Below are positions 21,129 to 32,938 of a stretch of DNA of 64,000 nucleotides, in pieces (position 1 is the stretch's first letter; every line of letters starts with the position of its first letter). The stretch lies in the IMG/VR virus record IMGVR_UViG_3300035190_001334, positions 1 to 64,000 of that record, one strand, 5' to 3'. A program made the position numbers and the translations under genes. Under the pieces are notes generated by a model. It saw only the letters and a list, made by a program, of their open reading frames with translations. It was not told where the DNA came from and made no database searches. This stretch comes from a virus.

Positions 21129-21888
21129 ATGCAAGACACATTAGAATCGCTCGAAGAAGCACTAAATAAAAACTGCGCTATCACCGAATATCTCAACCAG
21201 CAGCAGAAAGAAAACAACGAAAATTTCGTAAAGCTGATGCGTAAAAAGTGGTGGTTGCTCAATCCTGATATCGTCGAGATTTCGTATGTTGCGGTCTATG
21301 AGACGAACTATGGACATTCAGAGTGGGAAACTTACCCTGAGATTTCTTGGCTGTCTGCGATTGATGTGCAGGGGAAAAATGTTTTGTGGGGGACTAGCCC
21401 GATACCAATCACTAACGACTATCCTGCACTTGAGTCGGAGATTACTGACGAGGAAACTGTGATTACTGTTCGGAATCCATACCTAGAGGTTGTCGCTTAA
21501 CATGAAAAAATTATTACGCAGTTGGATTGAATTTCTGTATGAAGCTACCGAGTCTTGGGTAGAAAAAGAAATACCAAATTATCGGAATCCTGCTGAGGAA
21601 GCAAAAGTGCGGTATATCGAAACGCTGCCTTGGCGTATGGCTGAAAGTCGTGTAAAGGCAGCTTACAAAATAATGCCTCGATACGATGAGCGTGATAAAG
21701 ACAGTCCTCCAGAATGGGTGCGCCCTTACTGGTACGTGATTCACAAGGCTACAGGCATCATTTGTGAGAAGCCGTATTGTTCAGAGCGTGAAGCTGAAAG
21801 AGCCATTACTGACTATTGGGAAAAATACTATAAAGAGTGGGTTCCCAAGAATTTACACAAGATTGAAATACCAAATCGAAGCTGGTAG
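21129..21888 (+). CDS. Two hypothetical proteins (21129-21500, 21502-21888)
   Basis: Upstream TTGCAA-N17-TACACT; coupled ORFs. Confidence 0.6.
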
Positions 21889-22134
21889 TATCTCAAGCGC
21901 CGATGGGCTGTGAAGATTTTAGAGGGTAGAAGGAGAAAAAGTAAGAATAAAGGCACACTCAAAACTAGTATTATTCAACGTGTTTATTGGGTTTGAGGCT
22001 TGTCTAAAATTATGCAAATTTAAACATAACTGTAGAAAAATCCTAGATAACCCTAGCAATCTACAACATAATTATTAGCTTATTGGCAGAATATGGCAGC
22101 AGGTCGTTGCTGTTACTTATGCTATAGTAATATT

Positions 22135-22833
22135 ATGTTAAAAATAGTGGCAATGAAATCAGCAAACCCCTCCGATGTGACCAGCATAGAAACTTCGCTT
22201 TCACTTAGACCTCTAGATACAGAAGCTATCCTAGACATACTAACACCCGAAAATTATAGGTATACTACAGCTATAATTCTTAGCTCGTATGAAAGGTTGG
22301 TTGCGAGTCAAGAACAAACGAACAAAATTCTACAGGAGCATCAAAAATTACTTCTAGAGTTAACTCAGAACTCAAAAGATACTAGAATTACCGAAACTAA
22401 GTTAGCTAAGTTTTTTGTAGCTCTGCCCCACCTTCTAGATAAGTTTAGTTACGACATTGAAACTAAGCAATTATTCTACAAAAATGAGCCTATCCGAGAT
22501 GGTGACGACAGCATCAATTTCCTTTCTATAGACCTTCAGAACTACTTTGCAGGGCATATTCCTTATTCTGTACTGCTTACGTCGATGAAGAGGTATTTTG
22601 CCATTCTTCGTCGGCAAGATAATGTACTTGTTGATTTTGTGGAAGAGTTTCTAAAAGATTACTTCTCAACTTACACAACAAAAAAACGCACTAGAGTTTA
22701 CCTGAAAGAAATAAAGAAAGCTTGCAAAGACCATCCAGATGCTGACCAGAAGACTTTAAAAGCTATTATGGTCAATCTAGGCTATATCGAAGACAAAGAC
22801 ACCTCTAGAGTTATTTTCTACACAAAACCATGA
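22135..22833 (+). CDS. Putative DNA-binding protein, paralog of 55684-56409
   Basis: Shared coiled-coil, KL..F, F...K..L.Y and C-terminal L.(N/D).G(Y/W)...IFYT; TATAGT-N6-ATG. Confidence 0.55.
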   Translation: MLKIVAMKSANPSDVTSIETSLSLRPLDTEAILDILTPENYRYTTAIILSSYERLVASQEQTNKILQEHQKLLLELTQNSKDTRITETKLAKFFVALPHLLDKFSYDIETKQLFYKNEPIRDGDDSINFLSIDLQNYFAGHIPYSVLLTSMKRYFAILRRQDNVLVDFVEEFLKDYFSTYTTKKRTRVYLKEIKKACKDHPDADQKTLKAIMVNLGYIEDKDTSRVIFYTKP

Positions 22834-23159
22834 CCAACAAAGTACTCACAAATTTCCGCGACCACCCAGCACTCCGCTATGATGACCCACAATCTGTATT
22901 CAAAATCGACGATAAAGTGTATCTTATCAGTGAAGGTGTTGTGCGCCAAATTCCACCTTCATATATATATATAACCCACACCAACATTAGTGAGCCTTAC
23001 GCAAAATTAGTGGGACTTTATTTCCTATTTGCTGACGACGACACCGTGAAGCTCGAATACTCGCATGAAGAGTGTATTGACTTTGCCCCAGAAGATGAAG
23101 AAGCTCTGAGGCAACTAATCAGCCCTGAGACAGATGCAGAAAAGAGAATTGGCGCTTAA
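22830..23159 (+). CDS. Hypothetical protein
   Basis: ATGA overlap with the upstream gene. Confidence 0.6.
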   Translation: MTNKVLTNFRDHPALRYDDPQSVFKIDDKVYLISEGVVRQIPPSYIYITHTNISEPYAKLVGLYFLFADDDTVKLEYSHEECIDFAPEDEEALRQLISPETDAEKRIGA

Positions 23160-23187
23160 TATTAGTTTGTTGTGATTCGAGGTGCTA

Positions 23188-23496
23188 ATGCTGACATTAC
23201 TGCTTAATTTATTTTTATTTCTTCTCTGCCTCATTGTTACTCTCGCTATCTCATTTTTCGCCTTGTTGATTTGGGTTTTTATTCTTGCAATTTTGGACAT
23301 AACACGCTAATGCTTGATGTAATTATTTTCGCTTTGCTTTTCTTCGGTTTAGGTTTTGGTGTTGCTTGGGCTATATTCTCACCGTATTCAGACAACAGCT
23401 AGTATGTTCCTACACCTAATCCTGCCACTCACATTGGCACTCATCGTTCCCGCGCTTCTCGGTTACATTGCACTTCGACTTTATTTTGGAGGCTAA
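23188..23496 (+). CDS. Three tandem hydrophobic micropeptides (23188-23310, 23310-23402, 23404-23496)
   Basis: Translated by hand: 40, 30 and 30 aa, mostly hydrophobic; stop/start coupled; fill the gap in the operon. Confidence 0.6.
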
Positions 23497-23497
23497 C

Positions 23498-26192
23498 TTG
23501 GAAAAACTATTTGTAGCTGTATTTTCAATTGAATCTGGTGTATTTGTTAATGTAGATACTGTATTGGTGTTTGCGAGAAACAAAGCTGATGCAGCAAATA
23601 TAGCTACAGAGTTATTAGCACGTAAATTCGAGTTTCTAGAAGAAAAACCAAAACGTTATCTTCAACAACTCATTGAGGTTGATGACCAACTCATCACCAA
23701 AGCCTACAACAACTTACCTTCGACCAACAACAACTAATATGACCGCACCACAAATTCTCGCTGTCTCGAATACCACCACCGAACTCTCACCCGAAGAGAA
23801 CGAACTACTCCTTTCCGCAATCAATCTCAGCAGCCAAGAAAAGAGCGTACAAGCCGAGTTGAAGGACGTAAAGGTAAAAGTAACCGAACTATTTACAAAA
23901 CGCTTTGACACCGCAACTACTGGCACAATCGCGAAGCTTGGTAAATCAAGCATTCAGGTCAAGCGCAAATCTGGCAAAGTTGTGCTGACCGATGAGCTAC
24001 TCGAACTGAGAGAAACTATTGATGGCGCAATCACAGACTACATTGCATCCAACGAAGGTGAAATTCTAAAGCTGAAAGAGCAAATCGAAGCTTTGCAACA
24101 ACAGATTCTAGCACTGCAAATTAGTGATGAAATCTTGATGATGGAGTTTGACTTCAAACAACGTGTTGCTGCACTGCCTGAGCCTGAAGCGACCTACGAA
24201 GTAGCTATTAAGGTGTAGCTATGAAAGCCTATTGTTACGGCTCAGCTTTTAAGAAGGAGCGTGTAGCTACTACAGAGTGGTTTTTCGGGGTAATTGTTTC
24301 TAAAGACCCCTCATCTGTAAGAGCAGACGTTATTGCAACCGAACAATCCCAAATAATGCTTCGTTTGGGTTACTACCTAGCTAAGTTTGACTGTTTTGAG
24401 ATTGACCAGAACATCGCACCAATGAACCGTGAGGACACATGAACATCATAGAATCCTCTAGACCAGATACAGAATTTGAAGAACTGAAAGCTGAGCGCTC
24501 CTACTATAGAGGCATATTAGATGACCTTACTAACCGAGCTAATCTGTATAGTGCTGATGCGTTTAGTCAATTGAAAAATCATATCGTACCCAGAGACAGT
24601 ATAATCAACACCTCATTCCAACTCAAAGCTAGAAAGAAAACCTTCTGGTTTTTTACTCAGGACTATGACATCGGCTCTTTTCGTGGTGATGGTGATATGT
24701 CTCGTAAAATTGTCGAGTTGCAAGGCTGGGGCTTTTTTGATTTCAGAGTGTTTCCAAATATTAGTCAAAGTGACAGGATTGTAGAATGAAAGACGCACAT
24801 CAAGTTGAAGTAGGTGACAAAATCGACGGTAAGACTGTTACAAATATTGAATACTACGACACCGAACATGAGTGGAGGATTATCTTTACTTTTGAAGACG
24901 GTACTACTTTAGATGTGGAGGAATACGAAAGTGTATAAAAGCGACCCCCGTATCAAGCACCGATTTGTTAAGGTGTTTCCTGTAGATTTACTTCGTGGCA
25001 AACACAAATGTCGTGATGGAGTTGAGCGTAGTGTTGTATGGCATAAACCTTGGAAACTAGGCGGAGTGATTTTTATTCCTTTATTTCAGTTCAAAGTTCA
25101 GCCCCGATTTACTATCGATGGTAAAAAGTTAAGCGATAACAGTAGCTTTTGTTATTTCACTGCCAGATTTATTTGGTGGCAAATTAATGCGACATTTTGG
25201 TACAGTAAATGATTATGGAAACACAAACTAAAAACAGATTCTACGTTGTCGCAGTCTACGCCGAAATTAGAAATAGCGAGGACACGTACAACAATATCTA
25301 CACAGTTCTGCTCGATGAGCCAGATGAAACCGAGCAAGATGCAATCAACATGGGTAGAATACTTTTCGTCGCTGATGTACTGAGAGACTCAAAACTTGAT
25401 GTCATGGGTGAGACTGTGATAAGTAAAGACGACATTCGCATCTGCTACATCGGATGCAGAGAAATCACTGCTGAAGACCTTGACCCTGAGAGCTATGGAA
25501 CCTGAAATATATTATCGTGTGCAAGTAAAAGACCATACACAAGCTGACTGGGAGTATACGTTCAACCCGTTATACAAAGAAGATGGAGCGCGTTACTTTC
25601 TAAACAGCCTTATCACCAATCACCCTGAAAGAATGTGGAGACTTTTAAGGATTACAACTACATTTGAAGAACTGCCCCTTTAACCATAAAGCGACTTTCC
25701 TGATACACTACAACATACACACAAATTAAAAACATGACAATTACAACACAATCTGAAATCGAAGCAATCATCTCACAACAAGACTTCCTAATCCGCCTTG
25801 AAGTTTATGAATCTGGCTCAATCTCTCTATTCGCTAACAATCGAAATATTATTATCGACTTACCTACAGAAGAAGATTATGTAGCAAAATTGTTCAAGTA
25901 TCTTGAAACAGGTGAGCAGGTCAACCCACTCAAGACCTTTTATATACTTTCTTTCCCTACCATCGAACATAGACTTGATGACGTTCATTTTGAAAATGCT
26001 TTTGGCAATGGTTTTCAACTCAAGACGATTTGTGTTCGTGCTGACCAGAATTATCGAGAGTTCACCAACTGGCATCCTGCTCTAATCGAGGAACTTAATG
26101 ACGCTATGGACAAGTACTTCGAGGGTAAGGACGAGTTTGACGAAGCCAAGTTCAAAGAGTTTGTCTATAAGGGATTAGGACTTCAAGCATAA
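23498..26192 (+). CDS. Run of small hypothetical genes (23498-23737, 23739-24218, 24221-24442, 24439-24789, 24786-24938, 24931-25212, 25209-25505, 25495-25683, 25734-26192)
   Basis: Mostly coupled ORFs, several with GGAGG RBS; no family recognised. Confidence 0.6.
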
Positions 26193-29100
26193 AACGACCT
26201 CTCCGCCAACCCAAGGTACTCGTAGATGTTTGTTTCGACTCCCTGAATCTCAGCCGTAGTAAGCTGTCTGTTGTACATCAAGCAACCCAACCACAGCCCC
26301 TGAATATCTGTAGCGATAGAGTCAATCGTCAACGCGCTGCTTGAACTAAATACTAATACTTGAGCGTCTGTGTTATCTAAGTTTGTACTTAGAGTCACAG
26401 GCGCTTTTTTTTGCCTCACATCTGTAATTATCTGAGGAATACTGGCTCCATCGCTACTATAAAACTCTAGTTGGTCTGTGTAGTTGCTTATCAGGACACT
26501 ATCAGCCGTTAGAGCGTTAGCATAGCCATATAGTCCAGTACTTACGAAGCTTTTTGGCACAGTCCAGTTATCAGAAAAAGAGTACAGAAAAGAAGTACTT
26601 TCATTTGGGCTACCCACCAGCAAGTCATAGGCAGAATTGAATGACAACGAGTATCCAAAGTTAGTGGTCGCGCTTGTGATGGTCTTCACTACACTCCAAG
26701 CGCCAGTTTCGTATTTCCAAATTTTTACCTGACCAGAGAAGTTAGCGGTCGCCAAGTAGTCGCCCTTCAGTGCAAAATCTAAATCTGTGCCTGTGATTGT
26801 TTGGGTGAGCGTGTCCGAGTCAAAAACCCGAACATTACCTGAATTGTCCTGCGCCGCCCATCGCGACAAAGAAGAATTGCCCAGAATTTTTTTCCCAAAA
26901 AAGTTGAAGACGTTACTAGGGGTCGTATTGTAGATGCCAGCAGTAGAAGTGAACTTGTAAATGTGGTTACTGCCCTGAACTGAAGCAAGAAGCGCCGTGT
27001 TGTCATCCTTTACAAGTGCCGCCAGACCGAAGCCATCTATATAAGGTACAGGACTAGTTTGCCCCAAGTTCAGGCTAGATGTCCAAGTAGACACACCTGT
27101 TCGACTGAAGTGAAGTACGCGACCTTCACCCAAATTGCTATTCTTGACACCAATACAAATCAAATCGCCAGCGCTATTTATTTGAAGCGAGGCGTTAGCC
27201 AGAGCAGCCGCATCACCAGAAGTCAAAGGCAAAGTTACCGCAGACCCGAACGCCCAAATACCAGAGATTCGTCGCACTACTTTGACTGTGTTTGCTAAGT
27301 CATCGATGTAGACCAGATTACTTTCATCTTCCGAAATCACTACTTTACTGAATCGACCCGACTGCGTAGAAACTTTTACAAAATCGCCTTCATTAAATTG
27401 AAGTGCGCCGACCAACTGAGTACCAGAGCCACCATTGAAGGTGTACCCAGAATTTGAGCCAACATATTTGCGATAAGCTTTTTCCGCCAACTCTCGATAA
27501 ACAAAAAACAAAGTGCGGACACCGACCACTGGAGCCGCAAGATTTATCTTCTGCCCTGAGCTTGCGATGTTGTAGGTCTTTTCGTATAGAAGCGAAGTTT
27601 CCAATGTCGCGCTTGTTGTTGCATTGGCTGTTGCAGTGAGATTTGGTATTGTGCCGCTAATTACACTTGATTTAGCAAAGTAGCCGTCGAGATAGCCAGA
27701 TATGTTTGTGATACCAAAGCTGCGCGATTCGTTGAGACTTACTTCATAATCTTGATAGTAAGTGCTGTTTGAAATTCTTATGGTAATTGGTGTTCGGGCT
27801 GGTCGTACTGCAAAATTACTAAGAACTAGCTGGAAAGTTGCTGTCGTGGAATTTGGTGCTACTGATACGCTACTGACATTTAGAGTTGCTTCGTTTGTCT
27901 GCCAGTCAGAATTATCAGGAATTAATAAGTGTAGAAAATAAACTGTGGAATCTGAGTATGAGCCAGCTTGGGTAATTGTATATGTGGTGGTTGAATTAGG
28001 AGCGACAGAAGTTGCGCCAGCAACGGAAAAAATTCGCCTAGAAAAAATCCCCTGAAAAGTTGAAGACGTTTTGTTCCTGAACTTAATAGGGTAAAATTGC
28101 TCAACCTTAGCTTTGGGCAAAATTGGGTCGATTTGAGGGAAATATTGGTCGAGGTTGGTCACACTCTCCCAGACAGAAAAAGAAATTAGGCTGAAGTTTC
28201 CTGTAGGTGTTTGGTACTTGCTTGAATTAAACCAAAACTTGTAGCTCGGTAGTTTGATTTGCAGCGTAGTAGTAAGCTTTAATACGCCGTTGAGCCACAC
28301 TTTAACTGCATACTGGCTAAACTCTAACCGAAGCACTTGAACAAGCTCTGAGGAGTCAAAAGTGCCAATGTCCTGTAGGTTGATAGCACTTGAGTTAAGT
28401 CTGCCAAATTTGATTAGGTTGTCTAGTTTTCTTACAAAAAAACTGAGGTTAGGTGAATCCCAGTAGCTTAGTAGCTCTACATTTGCGCCGATATTGGCAG
28501 AAAGAAATCGTAGCTCGACTGTAAAACTTGATGTTAAAGGTCGGGCGCTTTGTAGGACAAGGGAATTGGGCGTTACTAGCTTCGTCTGTGTTTTATAGTC
28601 GTTTGTAGTTGTGTCAGTCAGTTTTGTGAAGTTGCCGATTTCGTCAGCATATTTTAGATAGCAGATTTGGTTGTTGCTTGGTTTGTACGCGCCCAATGCG
28701 GAGCCGAAAACATCTGCACTTATTGATAAAAGCCAAGGTAATGCCACAGACTTGTAGCCAATATTTTTGACATCACCAGTAAAATTGCCCCCTATCTTGA
28801 AAGTGCCAGACTGAATCTTGTAGTTGAAGGTGAGAGTAGCCGCCGACTCATTCACTTTAATACTAAGCACATTTCCTTTTCTGACAACGCGCAGCAGCGC
28901 CCATGTGAGCGTAGTAAAGGTTAGCCCAGTACTTATAGTCTCAAACACTGCCGAAGCTATCTGACGCTTAATTACTAGCACACCAGAGACAATTGCAAAC
29001 ACGAAGTTATCCGCTACAGTGAATAAAGTCTGATTTATAACTCCAGAGGGATAAAATTGCCCAAAGAAAGAGAAATCGTACTTGTTTGTGACTGATGAAT

Positions 29101-29227
29101 AACTTGTAGATGAAGCGGTGTACGAAGTTGTGCTGCTATCGTATACGTCCAGAGGAGTAGGAAGACAGTTTTGCTCAGTTTCGGTTAATTGAAATGGTTC
29201 AGGAGAATATGTGTGTCTGGGAAACAT
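26183..29227 (-). CDS. Large tail/adhesion protein (LamG-like domains plus beta-propeller-like repeats)
   Basis: FTVELRF, VWLNGVL, FG.A/FGYSLS propeller-type repeats, C-terminal YNRQLT..EIQ.VE. Confidence 0.65.
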   Translation of the reverse strand: MFPRHTYSPEPFQLTETEQNCLPTPLDVYDSSTTSYTASSTSYSSVTNKYDFSFFGQFYPSGVINQTLFTVADNFVFAIVSGVLVIKRQIASAVFETISTGLTFTTLTWALLRVVRKGNVLSIKVNESAATLTFNYKIQSGTFKIGGNFTGDVKNIGYKSVALPWLLSISADVFGSALGAYKPSNNQICYLKYADEIGNFTKLTDTTTNDYKTQTKLVTPNSLVLQSARPLTSSFTVELRFLSANIGANVELLSYWDSPNLSFFVRKLDNLIKFGRLNSSAINLQDIGTFDSSELVQVLRLEFSQYAVKVWLNGVLKLTTTLQIKLPSYKFWFNSSKYQTPTGNFSLISFSVWESVTNLDQYFPQIDPILPKAKVEQFYPIKFRNKTSSTFQGIFSRRIFSVAGATSVAPNSTTTYTITQAGSYSDSTVYFLHLLIPDNSDWQTNEATLNVSSVSVAPNSTTATFQLVLSNFAVRPARTPITIRISNSTYYQDYEVSLNESRSFGITNISGYLDGYFAKSSVISGTIPNLTATANATTSATLETSLLYEKTYNIASSGQKINLAAPVVGVRTLFFVYRELAEKAYRKYVGSNSGYTFNGGSGTQLVGALQFNEGDFVKVSTQSGRFSKVVISEDESNLVYIDDLANTVKVVRRISGIWAFGSAVTLPLTSGDAAALANASLQINSAGDLICIGVKNSNLGEGRVLHFSRTGVSTWTSSLNLGQTSPVPYIDGFGLAALVKDDNTALLASVQGSNHIYKFTSTAGIYNTTPSNVFNFFGKKILGNSSLSRWAAQDNSGNVRVFDSDTLTQTITGTDLDFALKGDYLATANFSGQVKIWKYETGAWSVVKTITSATTNFGYSLSFNSAYDLLVGSPNESTSFLYSFSDNWTVPKSFVSTGLYGYANALTADSVLISNYTDQLEFYSSDGASIPQIITDVRQKKAPVTLSTNLDNTDAQVLVFSSSSALTIDSIATDIQGLWLGCLMYNRQLTTAEIQGVETNIYEYLGLAERSFYA

Positions 29228-29580
29228 TAGATGGTTACAATCTCATTAACAAATCCATACGCAACAATAGCTCCAGTCGTTGCAGCCCAAGCTTTTATTA
29301 CTACAGAGCCTGTATATACTAAGCCATTTATCACAGGTACAAGTCCTCTGCCAGCAGGAATTGTAATAGGAATTAAATTAGTAGAGCCAGTTCCGCCAAT
29401 TGCAAGAGTTACAAGCACATCATTCGCACTATTATTGCAAAATGCGACCCAACATTCGTGCAAATTTGTCGGATGACTCGTATGAATCGTGTTAGCCGAA
29501 CCTGATGTAGTGGCGTTGATAGGAATACCAATTCCATTTGTGCTTCCACTTAAGATTATTTTCTGGAAAGAATCAGCCAT
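29227..29580 (-). CDS. Small virion structural protein
   Basis: Beta-rich 117 aa (LSGSTNG..I.I.AT...G.TIHT), coupled to the tail gene. Confidence 0.55.
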   Translation of the reverse strand: MADSFQKIILSGSTNGIGIPINATTSGSANTIHTSHPTNLHECWVAFCNNSANDVLVTLAIGGTGSTNLIPITIPAGRGLVPVINGLVYTGSVVIKAWAATTGAIVAYGFVNEIVTI

Positions 29581-29720
29581 TTTTTATATTTACTCATCTA
29601 TATGTAGATATCATACCGTAAAATACAAAGTCATCTATTAGTAAAAATATTTTATTAGGTGTGGGATTAGTATTTTTATGTGCTATAGTGGGTACAAGTA
29701 AAAATTACCTACTAATTAAT

Positions 29721-30542
29721 ATGGAAACAGTAAGTCCTGTCATTGTCGAAGATATTGAGTTATATGTAAGTGCCGACGGGCAAGAATCAGGAATGTCCAT
29801 CAGTGCATTAGCTCGGTTTATTGGTAAGACTGAAGCTAGTCTGCGTACAAGAATTTTGTCTAATATTGACAAGTCAGATGAAGACCGTGCAAAACCCCTA
29901 CCAAAAACCTTAGAACCCTTTGCTGGTAAGGCTTTTAGCACCGTGCTTGCTGGAGTAAATGGTGCTAAGATTGTTCCTGCTAAAACTTGCGAAGCTCTTA
30001 TTTTTTACTATGCTTTTGAGAAACAAGATTCTCAGGCGCTATTTGCATATAGAAAATTTGCACAAAAAGGTCTGCACCAGTGGATTAAAGAGGCAACTAA
30101 CAGTATTGAAGATAGAAACGATTCTAGGTTGCTTGCTACTGTGCAAGAAATTCTCTCTGAAGTTCGCGGTCTTAAAGAAGTTTCAAAACGATACACCGCA
30201 ATTCGTGAAAAGACTTCAACATACATGACTGGCACAGATGAGTTGTTAAATTTATTGGAAGACAATTCTGGTATGCTGCCCAGCGCCCATGATGGTTTAT
30301 TTACAGATGGCAAGATGTCTCTTGAAGCTTGGTTATATTACAAAAAAGATGGTTTGACTCTTCCTCGACCACTATTCAGACGACTTGCAAGCATTGTTGC
30401 TGAAACATATCGCTCTTTGGTTAAAGATGACCCTGAAAAACGCCATTGCATTGTCGCTGGCAAGAAAAAATATAATGTGTCTGTGTATTCTGAGATTCAT
30501 TTTCCTATTTTGCAAGTTGCTTTAAATAAGGTTATGGCTTAG
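29721..30542 (+). CDS. Antirepressor/KilA-like DNA-binding protein of cyanobacterial type
   Basis: ELYVSADG.ESGMSISALARF.G; YYAFE...A..KFA.KG..WI. Confidence 0.55.
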   Translation: METVSPVIVEDIELYVSADGQESGMSISALARFIGKTEASLRTRILSNIDKSDEDRAKPLPKTLEPFAGKAFSTVLAGVNGAKIVPAKTCEALIFYYAFEKQDSQALFAYRKFAQKGLHQWIKEATNSIEDRNDSRLLATVQEILSEVRGLKEVSKRYTAIREKTSTYMTGTDELLNLLEDNSGMLPSAHDGLFTDGKMSLEAWLYYKKDGLTLPRPLFRRLASIVAETYRSLVKDDPEKRHCIVAGKKKYNVSVYSEIHFPILQVALNKVMA

Positions 30543-30545
30543 ATT

Positions 30546-30821
30546 ATGAAAAATTCAGTAATTCTTGACATGTATTTAAAAAGTTGTTTAGGAGTTGTTG
30601 GTGAACGGAAAGATGTTTCTTGTGAAATTGTAAAATCGCCTGAAGCTATACGCCTTACTCGTAAAGTGCGTACTACTGATGGCAAGACCTACAACTTGCA
30701 AATAACTTATACTCCTGAAGAGTTTTCCACAAAACCAGACCGCAAAAAGATGCAAAGTAGCGTTGATATGAATGTTGGTAGATTACTCTACAAACTTATG
30801 AATCCGCAATCTGAATTTTAG
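30546..30821 (+). CDS. Small basic protein, paralog of acidic 55004-55306
   Basis: Ungapped 31-aa similarity (see findings). Confidence 0.55.
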   Translation: MKNSVILDMYLKSCLGVVGERKDVSCEIVKSPEAIRLTRKVRTTDGKTYNLQITYTPEEFSTKPDRKKMQSSVDMNVGRLLYKLMNPQSEF

Positions 30822-31281
30822 TTTTGTAAATGTGACAAAGCGCCACTGCCGTACTATCCGCGCAGTGGTTGTCTCTTAAAGGGAACTTACGTTCTGGAAA
30901 TACTTTTTCAACTGCATCAATCACCTGCTGCTTATCTGCTCCACCCCCCGATGTAACTGCTTTTTTTACTTCGGTAGGCTTATAACAAAACTCAGCTAAT
31001 TCATATTTATACGACAAATACCTAAGTACCCCAATTACTTGATTCAACTTTGCCCCAGTCGCGCCTTTCATTACAGGGTCTTCAAAAATGTAAGTGTTTG
31101 GTTTATATTGTTTAACTAGTTGCTTGAAATGTGTCGCTATTTCACTAAGATTCTCAGAGATAGTTTTGCCAGTTGTGACAAAATTTTCAGCATACAATAA
31201 CTTCAGATTTTCTTTTTCTGCCTCTATTACAGAAAATCCGAGATTGCGGTATCCTATGTCACAAGAAAGCAAAATGGTCAT
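30796..31281 (-). CDS. ruvC: RuvC Holliday-junction resolvase
   Basis: CDIGYRNLG, FED, PTEVKKAVT.GG.ADKQQV, HCADS.AVA. Confidence 0.9.
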   Translation of the reverse strand: MTILLSCDIGYRNLGFSVIEAEKENLKLLYAENFVTTGKTISENLSEIATHFKQLVKQYKPNTYIFEDPVMKGATGAKLNQVIGVLRYLSYKYELAEFCYKPTEVKKAVTSGGGADKQQVIDAVEKVFPERKFPLRDNHCADSTAVALCHIYKTKIQIADS

Positions 31282-31315
31282 AATAGTAAAATATAAATAA
31301 TAACAAGCCTAACAC

Positions 31316-32224
31316 ATGACACTATCGCTCGATTATATCGCAGACAACGCACTTCCATGCCGCAGTTATCTTGACTTCACTAATGTTGCATATAGTAGCG
31401 TGAGTGGGTCAACTTTCACTCAGCTAAATTTAATTGGCAACACAGATTACGACTTTATCTCTACAGGCGCACTAAACTTTCCGCAACGAGGCGACTTTGG
31501 TGCTACCTTCACTTCTACCCAGAAACTATCTCCTCGCGTCTCAGGCATCATTGGGGCTGGCGCTTCTAGCTACTCTTTACTCGTCGTTTCCAAAAACTCG
31601 GACAACTCGCTGCTAAAAGTTGGCAAAACCAACCCAAATCTACCAAAACTGCTTGAAATCGACTACACTACTACAAACTTCTCACAAAATTACTCACGAC
31701 TTAATGTTGCTGACCGAGAATTAACTATTGGCGACCTTGAAACTACCCAAGTCTGCCTACTTTCGCATAATGTTGTTACTGGAGTGACAAATACATCGAT
31801 AAATTTAACTGATTTTCAACAAAACACCAAACTTGATGCTGGATATATGCTGCCAAACTTATCATCATTTGTTTTAGGTGAGGGATTTGGCGGCGAACTG
31901 CTTAATTTTTTGCTTTTTGTGCCAGCTATTGAAAATGTGCATCTTTTGGAGCTTGGGCGGCGGGTATCTGATTATATTCCGCAATCAGAGTTAAAATTCG
32001 ACAAACTACTGCTGACAACTGAGAGCAAACTAGAGTTAGCAACTTCACTTCTTTCTGCATCACACGTTAGATTTAATTTACCTGTAAAAGTCAGACACTT
32101 AGAAACAAATTCGAGCCTGTTGTTTAGTAGCTCACTAATAGTAATTGCAAGCTACCTATGGGATTCTTTGTCAGAAATCAATTGGGATTCTATTTCTGAT
32201 TCACTGTGGGACAATCTCGGTTAA
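31316..32224 (+). CDS. Putative virion protein (LamG-like)
   Basis: Beta-rich; GFGGELLNFLLF; C-terminal WD.LS..WD repeats. Confidence 0.45.
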   Translation: MTLSLDYIADNALPCRSYLDFTNVAYSSVSGSTFTQLNLIGNTDYDFISTGALNFPQRGDFGATFTSTQKLSPRVSGIIGAGASSYSLLVVSKNSDNSLLKVGKTNPNLPKLLEIDYTTTNFSQNYSRLNVADRELTIGDLETTQVCLLSHNVVTGVTNTSINLTDFQQNTKLDAGYMLPNLSSFVLGEGFGGELLNFLLFVPAIENVHLLELGRRVSDYIPQSELKFDKLLLTTESKLELATSLLSASHVRFNLPVKVRHLETNSSLLFSSSLIVIASYLWDSLSEINWDSISDSLWDNLG

Positions 32225-32227
32225 TCC

Positions 32228-32920
32228 CTAGTATATAAACCCGTTATAACGGCGCACTTTAAAATTAGCAAAAGGAGAAGTTTTACGCGATGCATCCATT
32301 GTTCTCTGCCTGCCTCTTCTTCTGACACTTCCTTCAGGTTCGTTTGGTTTTAGTTCCTCAGGCTTTATTTTCTGCGACTTAGGACTAATTCTTTCTGTGG
32401 TAGCGCCAACTGGATTAAGATTATTCAAATCAGTAGGTCTAGAAGCACCAGATTGAGTTTGACCACTTGCATTTGGCACAGTAATAGCTGTAGTGTCGAT
32501 AGTTTGTTGACTTGCAGGTAATTGTGCTTGCTGCTTAGGCGCGTTTGGAGTAAATGGCTGATTGTTAATCGGTGTCTGGGTTACATTTGTAGCTGAAGCA
32601 TTTGTAGTAGCAGGTAAAAGAGCCTGATTACCAACTTGACCAGCTTTACGCGCTTGCCAAGCATTTCTAAGGCTTGAACCGCCATAACCAGCAGCACCTC
32701 CTAATGCAGCACCACCAGCTACTTGACCAGCAAGATTACCAATCGATTTATCATCACTGCCAAGGTAATTAATAGCACCAACACCTGCACCGATGCCAGC
32801 ACCAATTTTAGCCGCACCACCAGAAGTAGATAATGCTTTGCCAGCTAATCCTGCCCAATCAAAAGGTGCAAAATTTGCATTTTTATATTTAGTTGCTCTT
32901 GCGTATGCTGAAATTCTCAT
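32228..32920 (-). CDS. Gly-zipper protein of the ANF-motif family
   Basis: KNANF at aa 13-17 and PFANF at aa 216-220; GAGIGAGVG and GGAALGGAAG zippers. Confidence 0.7.
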   Translation of the reverse strand: MRISAYARATKYKNANFAPFDWAGLAGKALSTSGGAAKIGAGIGAGVGAINYLGSDDKSIGNLAGQVAGGAALGGAAGYGGSSLRNAWQARKAGQVGNQALLPATTNASATNVTQTPINNQPFTPNAPKQQAQLPASQQTIDTTAITVPNASGQTQSGASRPTDLNNLNPVGATTERISPKSQKIKPEELKPNEPEGSVRRRGRQRTMDASRKTSPFANFKVRRYNGFIY

Positions 32921-32938
32921 GTTTTAGGCAGTAAATTG

